NCBI GenBank assembly: GCA_965231015.1
Contig: OZ246408.1
Coordinates: 545,237 to 609,236, forward strand
Origin: an uncultured Gammaproteobacteria bacterium
GTDB lineage: Bacteria; Patescibacteriota; Patescibacteriia; UBA9934; CAZDDW01
Direction: 5' to 3'
Length of the DNA stretch: 64,000 nucleotides
Positions 27,907 to 36,695 of the stretch are shown here, one piece after another (the stretch's first letter is position 1; each line of letters begins with the position of its first letter). A program made the translations under genes and the position numbers. A model generated the notes under the pieces. It was not told the origin of the DNA. It did no database searches and saw only the letters and a program-made list of their open reading frames with translations.

Positions 27907-29310
27907 CTAAAGGAATTGGTTGATAATAACAAAGCCGCTGAAAAATCCAAAGAACACGAAAATTCCGGCTAGTATTATCCTTCTTAAAACGGTTGGTTGG
28001 TAGGCCTTGGGTAAAGCTCTAAAGTTCAAGACCGAGACTAAACCAATATGAACGAACATGGCTACGGCATTAATTACTGCCCCAAGTACCAAGAGTGATT
28101 TTGGTTCAGAAATTCCAAAAGCAAACAGAATTATCCCGAACGCAATTTGAGCCCACAAAAAGATGTAGTAAATCTTTGAGAGTTGAATTTTATTATTTCC
28201 AGTTCTTTTAGTCTGAACAATAGCAGCATTTTCGGCCATAATGCGAGAGGTTGAGTCCATGACACCAAGTTGGGTCTGAAAAAGCATGACAGCTACGACT
28301 AACAAGAATGCTGCACCGATTGCCGGGCCAAGTATGGAGCCTATGACCATACCCTCATTGATCACAAACTGAATTCCCTCTGCGTTGCTTTCCATGCCTG
28401 CGGTTGTCGTATGAGCCAAAAGCATTAGAAGCAAGATGGAGACAGCCCCAATGAACCAGAACACGATTGCATGTTCTGTACTTATGCGGCGCCACCAGAT
28501 TCTAAAATAACTAATATCCTGCTTTGATTCGCTTGCGGTTACTCCTTCAAGCCTAATTTTTTGGACTACACCGTCAGCTCGAAACAGGCCAGCCAAACGC
28601 TCGGCGTACTTCCCCATCCCATATCCCTTCTCTTTCACATAAATCGATTGGGTCAAGTTTAAGTTTCCTCCGGCTCCAGAATAGGCAAACGCAGCCAAGA
28701 AAGTGGCTAAAACAATTCCCTCGGGTAAGAAACTGTATTCGTTGCCTTGCCCGATAATTCCTGAAGCAAGTGCTGCCCAGTCGGCTTGTGTTGCAACAAC
28801 AATCGCCAGAATAAACACCAATGGCACTCCGATTAAAATGATTGATCTTGTTAGACTCTCCATCAAACCGTAAACCGTTTTTCCAGAGCTAAGAATTAAT
28901 CCGATCACGATCAGGAACAAGATAGCGGTCGCTGTGTAGTAGTTTTCCAGACCAACAAGAGTTGAGAATACATGAGCTGAAGCCGCAATAATTCCCGGAA
29001 GTCCAAAGCCGATAAAGGTTGATAGGATAAACCAAAAAGGTGCCGCTTTTAAGTACTTGGCGATTCCAACAAAGACACTCTCGCCCTTAACAAGCGCGTA
29101 TCTTTCAATTTCCATATTAATAAAATATTGAAAGGTGATTCCAAGTACAGCCCCCCAAGCAATACCAAGCCCATAGTTTGAAGCTAAATATGGCCACAGA
29201 ATAACCTCGCCCGAACCCAAACCAAGAGCCAAAATAATAAAACTTGGTCCTATAAGTTTCTTAAGCCGGATTGGTTTTGGAAAAGGTTTTGTTGTGGTCG
29301 ACTTTGGCAT
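27907..29310 (-). CDS. Nramp-family-like multi-TM transporter
   Basis: 467 aa, about 11 TM helices. The N-terminal GPSFIILALGLGSGEVILWP and QYFINMEIERYAL resemble Nramp/MntH-related transporters, with GSGE in place of DPGN. Confidence 0.55.
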   Translation of the reverse strand: MPKSTTTKPFPKPIRLKKLIGPSFIILALGLGSGEVILWPYLASNYGLGIAWGAVLGITFQYFINMEIERYALVKGESVFVGIAKYLKAAPFWFILSTFIGFGLPGIIAASAHVFSTLVGLENYYTATAILFLIVIGLILSSGKTVYGLMESLTRSIILIGVPLVFILAIVVATQADWAALASGIIGQGNEYSFLPEGIVLATFLAAFAYSGAGGNLNLTQSIYVKEKGYGMGKYAERLAGLFRADGVVQKIRLEGVTASESKQDISYFRIWWRRISTEHAIVFWFIGAVSILLLMLLAHTTTAGMESNAEGIQFVINEGMVIGSILGPAIGAAFLLVVAVMLFQTQLGVMDSTSRIMAENAAIVQTKRTGNNKIQLSKIYYIFLWAQIAFGIILFAFGISEPKSLLVLGAVINAVAMFVHIGLVSVLNFRALPKAYQPTVLRRIILAGIFVFFGFFSGFVIINQFL

Positions 29311-29329
29311 TAATCTATTTTACCACAAG

Positions 29330-30649
29330 TCAATAAAAATCTTTTACCCGGGAATCAGTGATGATGCTGGAACGTGAGAGTTTTTTCTTGAGAACAATTC
29401 CATTTAAAGAAGTGCAACGACTTAACGCTACATAGGTTTGACCGTGAGCAAAACTGCCATGCCCCAAATCAATAATAACTTTATCAAAGGTTTTACCTTG
29501 ACTTTTATGAATTGTGATTGCCCAAGCCAATTTGAGTGGAATTTGTTGGTAAGAACCCATTACGTCACGCGTGAATTCCCCGTCCTCAAAGACATAACGT
29601 GATATTTCCCAATTGTATTTCTTTACCTCAATAACAGAGCCGTCACTTTTTTCGACCGACACGATAAATTCATCTTCCCCACTCTCGCAGTTCAAAAATT
29701 TTTCAATGTTAACCACTTTACCGATTGTACCATTCACAAATCGTCGTTCCGAATCATTACAGATGAACATGACCTGGGCACCGACACATAAGGCGATTTC
29801 CTCATTGTTTGGATACAAATTTCTTGCCACCTTGCCTGACTTTTTAGCGCTAATCACTGTTTCTTTTTGTTTCAATTTTTTCAGTTCAGCTGAATTGATC
29901 CTATCTGCCATGACGTTTGTGGTTACCAAATAAATATACTTATCATTCTTTTTTGGCACAAAGTCTGGAACAAAGCGTGTGTTCAAGATGTTTAGGTGTT
30001 CGTCGCTAACCTCATTATTTCTAACAGCGTTTAAGACGTTGATAAGTCGGCTGTCTTTTTGTCGATAGATTTTTTTTAGTTCAATGACGTTTAAAACAAA
30101 ACTATTTGAAAACAGGTCGTTTTGACCAAGATTATGGAATACATTAGCGTCAAAAAAATACGGTGAATCGTATTCGGAAACAAGCTTGTCCCGATCGGCA
30201 GGTGTGACCACCGGTGGCAACTGGAATAAATCACCGAAGAAGATCATTTGTACTCCGCCAAAAGGTTCATTACTTTGACGAGCTTTTTTTAAAACCGTAT
30301 CCACCGCGTCTAAAAGATCAGCTCTCACCATGGAAATTTCATCTATTGCGATGGTTTTAATCCGTTTTAATTTCTTCTTCATCTTATGATTAATCTTCAT
30401 TTTCTTGGCTTCATCAAGTTCATACCCCGGTTTCAGTAAAAAAAATGAATGCAATGTTTCCCCGTTGACATTAATTGCTGAAATTCCTGTAGGAGCCAAA
30501 ACAATGATTTTCTTTTTGGAATGAAGCCTAATGTGATCCAATAAAGTTGACTTACCGGTACCGGCCTTCCCGGTAATATAAAGAGTGTCACGAGTTTTTT
30601 CTATCCTCGTGACAATATCTTTTGCTTGTTTTGATAGTTTAACTGTCAT
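29330..30649 (-). CDS. Pif1/RecD-like P-loop DNA helicase
   Basis: Walker A GKAGTGKST, Walker B AIDEISMV, and C-terminal motifs ITIHKSQGKTF and QTYVALSRC. Confidence 0.8.
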   Translation of the reverse strand: MTVKLSKQAKDIVTRIEKTRDTLYITGKAGTGKSTLLDHIRLHSKKKIIVLAPTGISAINVNGETLHSFFLLKPGYELDEAKKMKINHKMKKKLKRIKTIAIDEISMVRADLLDAVDTVLKKARQSNEPFGGVQMIFFGDLFQLPPVVTPADRDKLVSEYDSPYFFDANVFHNLGQNDLFSNSFVLNVIELKKIYRQKDSRLINVLNAVRNNEVSDEHLNILNTRFVPDFVPKKNDKYIYLVTTNVMADRINSAELKKLKQKETVISAKKSGKVARNLYPNNEEIALCVGAQVMFICNDSERRFVNGTIGKVVNIEKFLNCESGEDEFIVSVEKSDGSVIEVKKYNWEISRYVFEDGEFTRDVMGSYQQIPLKLAWAITIHKSQGKTFDKVIIDLGHGSFAHGQTYVALSRCTSLNGIVLKKKLSRSSIITDSRVKDFY

Positions 30650-30654
30650 CTACT

Positions 30655-31230
30655 CTATTTATTTTTTGCAACTGTTTTTTTGGTTACCGACTTTTTTTTC
30701 GCCGGTGCTTTCTTGTTAGTCTTCTTTTTTATTGCCGGTTTATTTTTAGTTTTCGTAGCACCTTTTTTGGCGGTCTTTTTGACCGGTTTTTTCTTATCTT
30801 CTTTTTCCTTGTTTAGTAGGATATCTTTTATTACAGTTGGTTTAAGAACTTTAAGAATTTCATCAAGTTTATCATTGAGAATCTCGAACTGTTTATTTGA
30901 TGAATCGGTTCCACCATCATTATTTTCAAAACAAGCGCTACAGAAAACGGGTTTACTGCCGGTTGGTTTAAACGGAACTTCACAACTATTACCACATTCG
31001 CTACAAGTGGCTTCATACATCTGTTTATTGCCACGGTCATTTCTTCTATGACCTCTATTATTGCTTCTACCTTGATCTGAACCTCGAAAACAATCATTAC
31101 AGAAAACGGGTTTACTGCCGGTTGGTTTAAACGGAACTTCACAACTATTACCACATTCGCTACAAGTGGCCTTGTGCATCGACGATTTTCTATCTCTGCC
31201 GCCCCGGCTGTCTTTTCTAAAATTTCCCAT
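30655..31230 (-). CDS. Double CxxC-x17-CxxC zinc-ribbon protein with Lys-rich tail
   Basis: Two copies of TCSECGNSCEVPFKPTGSKPVFC(N/S)(D/A)CF, then a KKKP/KKTAKK tail. Confidence 0.8.
   Translation of the reverse strand: MGNFRKDSRGGRDRKSSMHKATCSECGNSCEVPFKPTGSKPVFCNDCFRGSDQGRSNNRGHRRNDRGNKQMYEATCSECGNSCEVPFKPTGSKPVFCSACFENNDGGTDSSNKQFEILNDKLDEILKVLKPTVIKDILLNKEKEDKKKPVKKTAKKGATKTKNKPAIKKKTNKKAPAKKKSVTKKTVAKNK
30940..31170. repeat. 72-bp perfect intragenic direct repeat (30940-31011 and 31099-31170)
   Basis: ACAGAAAACGGGTTTACTGCCGGTTGGTTTAAACGGAACTTCACAACTATTACCACATTCGCTACAAGTGGC occurs twice, 159 bp apart. It encodes the two zinc ribbons. Confidence 0.9.
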
Positions 31231-31340
31231 AACTTTTATTAACGTGTTATTAGTAGATAAAGTGTATGCTTATTTTGATTCGAAAGCAAGGGGTAAGTTC
31301 TAAAAACAAAGACGAAGCTGTAAACGTGCTTCGTCTCTCT

Positions 31341-31415
31341 TGGCTCCGAGGGCGGGGTTCGAACCCGCGACCCACTGGTTAACAGCCAGTTGCTCTGCCA
31401 CTGAGCTACCTCGGA
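31341..31415 (-). tRNA. tRNA-Asn (GUU), CCA encoded
   Basis: The minus strand reads TCCGAGGTAGCTCAGTGGCAGAGCAACTGGCTGTTAACCAGTGGGTCGCGGGTTCGAACCCCGCCCTCGGAGCCA. It forms a full cloverleaf with anticodon loop CTGTTAA. Confidence 0.95.
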
Positions 31416-31425
31416 TTGTGCCGAG

Positions 31426-31454
31426 ATATTATCAAGATCAAAGATCGTTGTCAA
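31426..31454 (-). promoter_or_regulatory. Consensus sigma70-type promoter of tRNA-Asn
   Basis: On the minus strand: TTGACA (31454-31449), 17 nt, TAATAT (31431-26). The tRNA 5' end lies 10 nt downstream. Confidence 0.65.
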
Positions 31455-31500
31455 CCAAAAACCCGGATCCAACTTCCGTGGTCTCGGGTTTGTTTTTGGT

Positions 31501-32166
31501 CTATTTTGTGGCTGGCATGATCGATGAAAGAATGGTTTCAATGTCGTCGCTATCAAAATTAGCATCTGGGAACCAAACCCCGTCAAGATCATCCGGTACC
31601 GGTTCTGTGCTTTCCACTATGTTCCAGTCCATTGAGAATATTTCGTCATCAATTTCTACAGCATAGCAACCCATGGCCGGAGCACACCCGATTTGATAAA
31701 TAGTGACATAGTCAGTTTCATCAACCTCAGTGTAAGAATCTGTTATTTCCTCTAATTCACCGATTTCAATCGTTTCGGTGATTACATACGGCGAGGTTTC
31801 AGTGACAAGCACCAGTTCGTCAGATCGGTTTGCCTGCACCTGCCAGTTTTCTGGGATTTCCATGGTGAAACCAGTTGTTAAGGTGATTATTTGTGTTTCC
31901 CCCTCTGTTGCTAAATCGTCATCCATGGCTTCGTCTTCCCCCATTGTTCCCTCTTCTTCCATTTGAATCGCTTCAATGTCTTCCGAGTTTACTTCTAAAT
32001 TGCTCTGAATTTCATCAAGGGCAAGACTGATTTCGTTCAGACTCATTTGAGTCATGAACAAGCTAATCAAAACCGCTACAATAGCGAGTCCTGACATAGC
32101 CACACCTAGCACATTTAGAAAATTTGCGCTTGACGGACGTGGATCTTGAGGTTGTTTTTCCTCCAT
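31501..32166 (-). CDS. Membrane-anchored acidic protein, unknown function
   Basis: 221 aa with one TM segment (VLGVAMSGLAIVAVLISLFM), then a strongly acidic ectodomain. Confidence 0.55.
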   Translation of the reverse strand: MEEKQPQDPRPSSANFLNVLGVAMSGLAIVAVLISLFMTQMSLNEISLALDEIQSNLEVNSEDIEAIQMEEEGTMGEDEAMDDDLATEGETQIITLTTGFTMEIPENWQVQANRSDELVLVTETSPYVITETIEIGELEEITDSYTEVDETDYVTIYQIGCAPAMGCYAVEIDDEIFSMDWNIVESTEPVPDDLDGVWFPDANFDSDDIETILSSIMPATK

Positions 32167-32175
32167 ATATTTAGG

Positions 32176-33474
32176 TTAATAATCTCTTAATTTTTCAATT
32201 GCCGAGTTGCCTTGAATTCGTTCCAAGGCCTTGGCCTCAATTTGTCGAATACGCTCACGGGTCACGTCGAATTCTTTCCCTACTTCTTCCAGAGTGTGAC
32301 TCACTCCATCGGTCAAACCAAATCGCATTTCCAGAATCTTTTGTTCACGCGGGCTCAAGTCTTTCATGGCATCATTCACATAATCGCGCAATAGCTCTCG
32401 AGCCGCCGCGCGGTCCGGACTGATGTTTTTAACGTCTTCGATGAAATCTTCCAGTTTTGAGTCCTCATCATCTTCACCCACCGATGTCTCTAATGATACC
32501 GTATCTTGAGAAATTTTGATAATGTGGCGAACTTTATCAAGAGGCTGATCCATTTCCGCCGCAATTTCTTCCGGTAATGGTTCACGCCCTAAGTCCTGAA
32601 TCAAACGACGCTCAATTTGTTGAAAACGGTTAATTGTTTCCACCATGTGAACCGGGATACGAATAGTTCTGGATTGATCAGCCAGAGCTCGGGTAATGGC
32701 TTGGCGAATCCACCAGGTGGCATAAGTCGAAAATTTATATCCTTTACGGTACTCAAACTTTTTGACAGCTCGAAATAATCCAATGTTACCTTCTTGAATC
32801 AAATCCAGCAGTGACAATTGTTTTCCTACAAATTTTTTCGCAATCGAAACAACTAAGCGCAGGTTGGCTTCAATCAGTCGCCGCTCGGCTTCTTTGTCGT
32901 TCCGTTCCTTTCTTTTGGCTAACGCCACCTCTTCTTCAGCGGTAAGCAACGGGATTTTACCAATTTCTCGCAAATACATTTGGATTGAGTCCTGTGTGAT
33001 ATCCGAAAGATCCACGCGTTTTTTATCCGCGGAAACACGTATTTTTTCCAAGGCTTCGTCCCGATCCTTTTCTCGGCCAAGAATTCCTTCTTTCATTTCC
33101 AGCAAGTGCACACCGTAACGCTCCAGCTCATCAAGAAACTCAAAATAGGCCGGCATGTATTCCTCTACCTCATTAAAGGTGTGTAGGACCTCGTTTTCAG
33201 TAACAAATCCGCGATGACGTCCTTTGCGAATCAATTTATCAATGACTTCGGGTTCTGGCGGTGGAACTTTTGGACGTCTTTTGCGCGTGGTCTTTTTCGT
33301 GGCTTTCTTTTTAGTGCTCGTTTTCTTCTTTACCGTTGTCTTCTTTACTTTTTTATTAGCCGGAACTTTTTTGGTAGTCTCCTTTTTTACAGTTTTCTTT
33401 TTCGTAGTCGTCTTTTTCTTGCGGGCTGTTTTCTTCTTGGCTGTGGTCTTAGTCTTTGCTTTTGGCATACACAT
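32176..33474 (-). CDS. rpoD: RNA polymerase sigma factor RpoD with Lys-rich N-terminal extension
   Basis: Regions 1.2-4 are recognisable ([77 protein letters not shown]). The first ~75 aa are K/T-rich. Confidence 0.95.
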   Translation of the reverse strand: MCMPKAKTKTTAKKKTARKKKTTTKKKTVKKETTKKVPANKKVKKTTVKKKTSTKKKATKKTTRKRRPKVPPPEPEVIDKLIRKGRHRGFVTENEVLHTFNEVEEYMPAYFEFLDELERYGVHLLEMKEGILGREKDRDEALEKIRVSADKKRVDLSDITQDSIQMYLREIGKIPLLTAEEEVALAKRKERNDKEAERRLIEANLRLVVSIAKKFVGKQLSLLDLIQEGNIGLFRAVKKFEYRKGYKFSTYATWWIRQAITRALADQSRTIRIPVHMVETINRFQQIERRLIQDLGREPLPEEIAAEMDQPLDKVRHIIKISQDTVSLETSVGEDDEDSKLEDFIEDVKNISPDRAAARELLRDYVNDAMKDLSPREQKILEMRFGLTDGVSHTLEEVGKEFDVTRERIRQIEAKALERIQGNSAIEKLRDY

Positions 33475-33482
33475 TTAACCCG

Positions 33483-35294
33483 CTAATCCTTTTTTGGCAT
33501 TAGCGAGTTGAGTTTTTCGATTAATTGTTTGACTTTTTCGGCTTCACCTTGGCTCTCGGCCAGTCTAATAGCCGCCTCCAAGTCTTTTCGCTTTGCTTTT
33601 CGCAAAGTCTGATGCATGGCATCAAGGTATGCATTAAGTTGTGTTCGCAGCTCGTTTGGCGCATAGTCTTCCAGCATTTTTTCACCGGTCATGGAGATTT
33701 CGTCCAGGAGCTTTGCAATATGACTTTGCTCCTCATCTGCGGCTAATTTATGGCGGAGTTGCGCGAAAAATGATTTTTCTGCGAATTGAGATTTGTCCGA
33801 ATTATATTCTAAAATCAGTGTTTTGTAAAGCTTGGTATAGTCGTTTTCCGGCAGCTCGTTCGGTTCAAGTGTGCTGATTATACCCTCCCTTAACTCATCA
33901 GAGACCATAAATAAGGCTAAAATTATACCCAAGGTTTGTTCAAAAGGTGTTTTGCTGGTTTTTTTGGCCATGGCCGCAGTTTCCCTTCTTTGCTCCTGGT
34001 GAACCTCATGAATTTGAGGCAGTGCATTGCGTAAAACATTGATATCCATTCTTAGCAAATCTGATAATTGTTGAAGCCAGTATTCTCGCTCGATTTTATC
34101 TTTCAGATAGGCTATTTCCGTTAATAGAAATTTTCCCACCTCTTTCTTTTCCTTTACGGCCGACATTTTTTTACCTTTTGTGGTTTGTCGAAAATAGTAG
34201 TCCATGATGGAAATAGGTTGGTTGACTGCGGTTGTCCAGAGCTCAGGATCTTTTTGTATCAGATCATCCGGGTCCTTGGCTTCGGCATCGTTTAAAATTA
34301 CCACCATAACTTCCCCACCCTGACCTTGGGCTAAACGAATTCCTCGTTTGGCTGCAGCAAATCCAGCGGCGTCAGCGTCAAAACAAAAAATTAGTTGATT
34401 GGTGTAGCGAAGTAAAGACTCGATCTGTCTCTCGGTCAGAGCTGTACCAGAACTGGCCACCACGTTCTCAATACCAGCTTTGTGTGAAGCTATTACATCC
34501 AGATTTCCTTCGACAATAATTACTGAATTTTTTTGTTTGATCGCTCCTTTAGCCAAATCAAGTCCGTACAACAGATCTGATTTTTGATAAATCGGAGTTT
34601 CTGGCGAGTTCATGTATTTCGGTCCGGACTTCTCCGTCATGACTCCAAGAATTCTCCCTGTGAACCCAACCACATTTCCGTGATGATCTCGCAGTGGAAC
34701 CATGATGCGATTTCTGAATTTGTCGATGATCCCGGTGCCTGATTTTTTTCTTTGTGCCAATCCACCCTTAATAACCTCTTGGGCTGTGTACCCGCGTGAA
34801 ATCAAAAAGTCACTTAATTTGTTCCAATCGTCAGGCGCAAAGCCTAAACCAAATTTTTCTGCTAGGTCATGATCAATTCCTCGGTTTTCCAAATAGGCTC
34901 GGGCGCTCGCTGCGGCATTAGAATCAGTTAACACTTTTTTATAATACTTCACGGCTAGGTCATGCATGGTCATCAATCTTTGTCGTTCGTTGGAGCGAGC
35001 CGAATTGAAACGAGGAATTTCCACTCCAGCTTTTCGAGCCAGAATACGTAAAGCTTCTGGAAATTCTACACCTTCTATGTCCATCACGAAGCTAAAAATA
35101 TCACCTCCGGCATCACAGCCAAAACAGTGCCAAATTTCTTTTTCATCGGACACGTAAAACGAAGGTGTCTTTTCTTGATGAAACGGACACACCGTTTTAA
35201 AACTGCCTGTATTGCCGGCCGGTTTTAGCGGAACATATTCGCCCACGACTTCAGAGACTTTAAGTCTGCGTTTGATGTCATCTTTAGGATCCAT
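33483..35294 (-). CDS. dnaG: DNA primase
   Basis: Zinc finger CPFHQEKTPSFYVSDEKEIWHCFGC, and TOPRIM motifs EGNLDVI and FDADAAG. Confidence 0.95.
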   Translation of the reverse strand: MDPKDDIKRRLKVSEVVGEYVPLKPAGNTGSFKTVCPFHQEKTPSFYVSDEKEIWHCFGCDAGGDIFSFVMDIEGVEFPEALRILARKAGVEIPRFNSARSNERQRLMTMHDLAVKYYKKVLTDSNAAASARAYLENRGIDHDLAEKFGLGFAPDDWNKLSDFLISRGYTAQEVIKGGLAQRKKSGTGIIDKFRNRIMVPLRDHHGNVVGFTGRILGVMTEKSGPKYMNSPETPIYQKSDLLYGLDLAKGAIKQKNSVIIVEGNLDVIASHKAGIENVVASSGTALTERQIESLLRYTNQLIFCFDADAAGFAAAKRGIRLAQGQGGEVMVVILNDAEAKDPDDLIQKDPELWTTAVNQPISIMDYYFRQTTKGKKMSAVKEKKEVGKFLLTEIAYLKDKIEREYWLQQLSDLLRMDINVLRNALPQIHEVHQEQRRETAAMAKKTSKTPFEQTLGIILALFMVSDELREGIISTLEPNELPENDYTKLYKTLILEYNSDKSQFAEKSFFAQLRHKLAADEEQSHIAKLLDEISMTGEKMLEDYAPNELRTQLNAYLDAMHQTLRKAKRKDLEAAIRLAESQGEAEKVKQLIEKLNSLMPKKD

Positions 35295-35357
35295 ATTGCT
35301 TGTACTCTATATGAGAAACATAAAAACGCCAAGCTGGGCGCATATTTTAGTTGAAAA

Positions 35358-36320
35358 TTAAACTGTTCCAAAGATTCTAAGAGCAATGTAACCTACATAT
35401 GCTGTTAGGAACATGATTCCTCCCCAACGTTCAAGACGTCGCTTTTCCCCCACAAAAAGTACCGCAAATAAGGCCAGGGAGGCCGCTATAACAATAACCG
35501 CATCAACAAAACTATCTTTTTCAAATGGAATCGGGGCTACAATAGCAGTCGCACCAAGAACCAGGAAAATATTGAAAATGTTGGATCCAACAATGTTGCC
35601 AATGGCCATGTCGACCTCGTTTCTACGTACTGCGATTATCGAAGTGACAAGCTCTGGCAGGCTGGTACCAAGCGCCACGATGGTCAAACCGATTATTGTT
35701 TGTGAAATATTTAAAATTTCTGCAATGGCTACAGCGTTATCCACGATCACACGACCGCCGACAAACAGCGCAGCCAGTCCGCCAAAAATATAAAAGATTG
35801 ATTTTGCTTTTGAAATTATGTCTTTCCCCCTAATGTCTTCATCGGGAAAAGGTTTAGCAGCACCGTAAGAGTAATATAAAAAGATTAAGAAAAAGGCCAA
35901 CAGGGCAAAACCTTCTGTGCGGCTGATCATATTTGAAGCAAAACCATCAAGATATATGTCTGCGGCAAAAACCAGTACAATGACTGCGGCTAAAAGCGAG
36001 AATGGAATTTCTTTATTAATGGTTTGTCGTTTAACACGCAGGGTTTTGAAAATCGCGGCCGCACCAAGAACCAATAAAATGTTGGCCATGTTGGAACCAA
36101 GAATGTTTCCAATAGCTACTTGATTGGCTCCCTGAAAAGCTGAAAAAACATTAACCACAAGTTCCGGAGCTGAAGTACCAAAAGCCACCACAGTCAACCC
36201 AATCACGAGCGGGCTTACCTTCATCCGCATTGCAATGGCAGTTGATCCATCAACTAAAAGGTTAGCCCCGCGAATCAGGAGGTAAAAACCAACTGTTAGA
36301 AATAATATATTTAGAACCAT
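35358..36320 (-). CDS. Ca2+/Na+ antiporter (CaCA family, YrbG-like)
   Basis: Two alpha-repeats, GTSAPEL and GTSLPEL, in a 320-aa protein with 10 TM helices. Confidence 0.85.
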   Translation of the reverse strand: MVLNILFLTVGFYLLIRGANLLVDGSTAIAMRMKVSPLVIGLTVVAFGTSAPELVVNVFSAFQGANQVAIGNILGSNMANILLVLGAAAIFKTLRVKRQTINKEIPFSLLAAVIVLVFAADIYLDGFASNMISRTEGFALLAFFLIFLYYSYGAAKPFPDEDIRGKDIISKAKSIFYIFGGLAALFVGGRVIVDNAVAIAEILNISQTIIGLTIVALGTSLPELVTSIIAVRRNEVDMAIGNIVGSNIFNIFLVLGATAIVAPIPFEKDSFVDAVIVIAASLALFAVLFVGEKRRLERWGGIMFLTAYVGYIALRIFGTV

Positions 36321-36321
36321 A

Positions 36322-36624
36322 TTACATGCGGCTGATTTCAGTCTGAATACGTTGAACCTCTTCTTGTACTAAGGGACCCTCATATTCTCCGGAGTGAGCC
36401 CGGCTTCCTTCGTAGCTGGCTTGTTTTTGGTCGATATGGAGATTAATGCTAATTCCACCATCGAAGTCATCAACGTAAGCGTGATAGCGTGGATACCGAT
36501 CATTCCCAAGCCGGCGCGAATAACTAAACAGCTGGGTGTTGTGGTCATAGTGTTCTCCATAACCCAAACGACGCATGATATTACGTGAGGTGTCTGGGAG
36601 TTTTCCTTTAGCTATCAATTTCAT
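36322..36624 (-). CDS. Hypothetical protein
   Basis: 100-aa ORF tightly packed against the antiporter gene. I recognise no motif. Confidence 0.45.
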   Translation of the reverse strand: MKLIAKGKLPDTSRNIMRRLGYGEHYDHNTQLFSYSRRLGNDRYPRYHAYVDDFDGGISINLHIDQKQASYEGSRAHSGEYEGPLVQEEVQRIQTEISRM

Positions 36625-36655
36625 AATGTTCCAATTTTACCTCATTTTGGATTCA

Positions 36656-36683
36656 TTGTCATGTCTGGTAAAATAGATATAAT
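36656..36683 (+). promoter_or_regulatory. Promoter of the 655-aa secreted protein gene (very short leader)
   Basis: TTGTCA (36656-61), 16 nt, TATAAT (36678-83). The ATG is 12 nt after the -10 box. Confidence 0.55.
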
Positions 36684-36695
36684 TAAACCAACAAT

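Noticed and set aside
27907-27909. TAG read-through or recoding that would fuse the Nramp-like transporter to the rhodopsin fragment. Also the in-frame TAA in the kinase at 26933 as evidence of stop-codon reassignment.
   Set aside because: TAA, TAG and TGA all terminate dozens of well-delimited genes in the window at expected lengths. A same-frame arrangement has a one-in-three chance. Pseudogenisation explains both cases.
27759-27950. A 63-aa ORF overlapping the transporter gene end.
   Set aside because: It is out of frame with the rhodopsin-homologous frame and overlaps the 3' end of the transporter. The homology signal lies in the other frame.
31239-31666. ORFs 31239-31592 (minus strand) and 31340-31666 (plus strand).
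   Set aside because: They overlap tRNA-Asn, its promoter and a terminator. Their composition is not protein-like.
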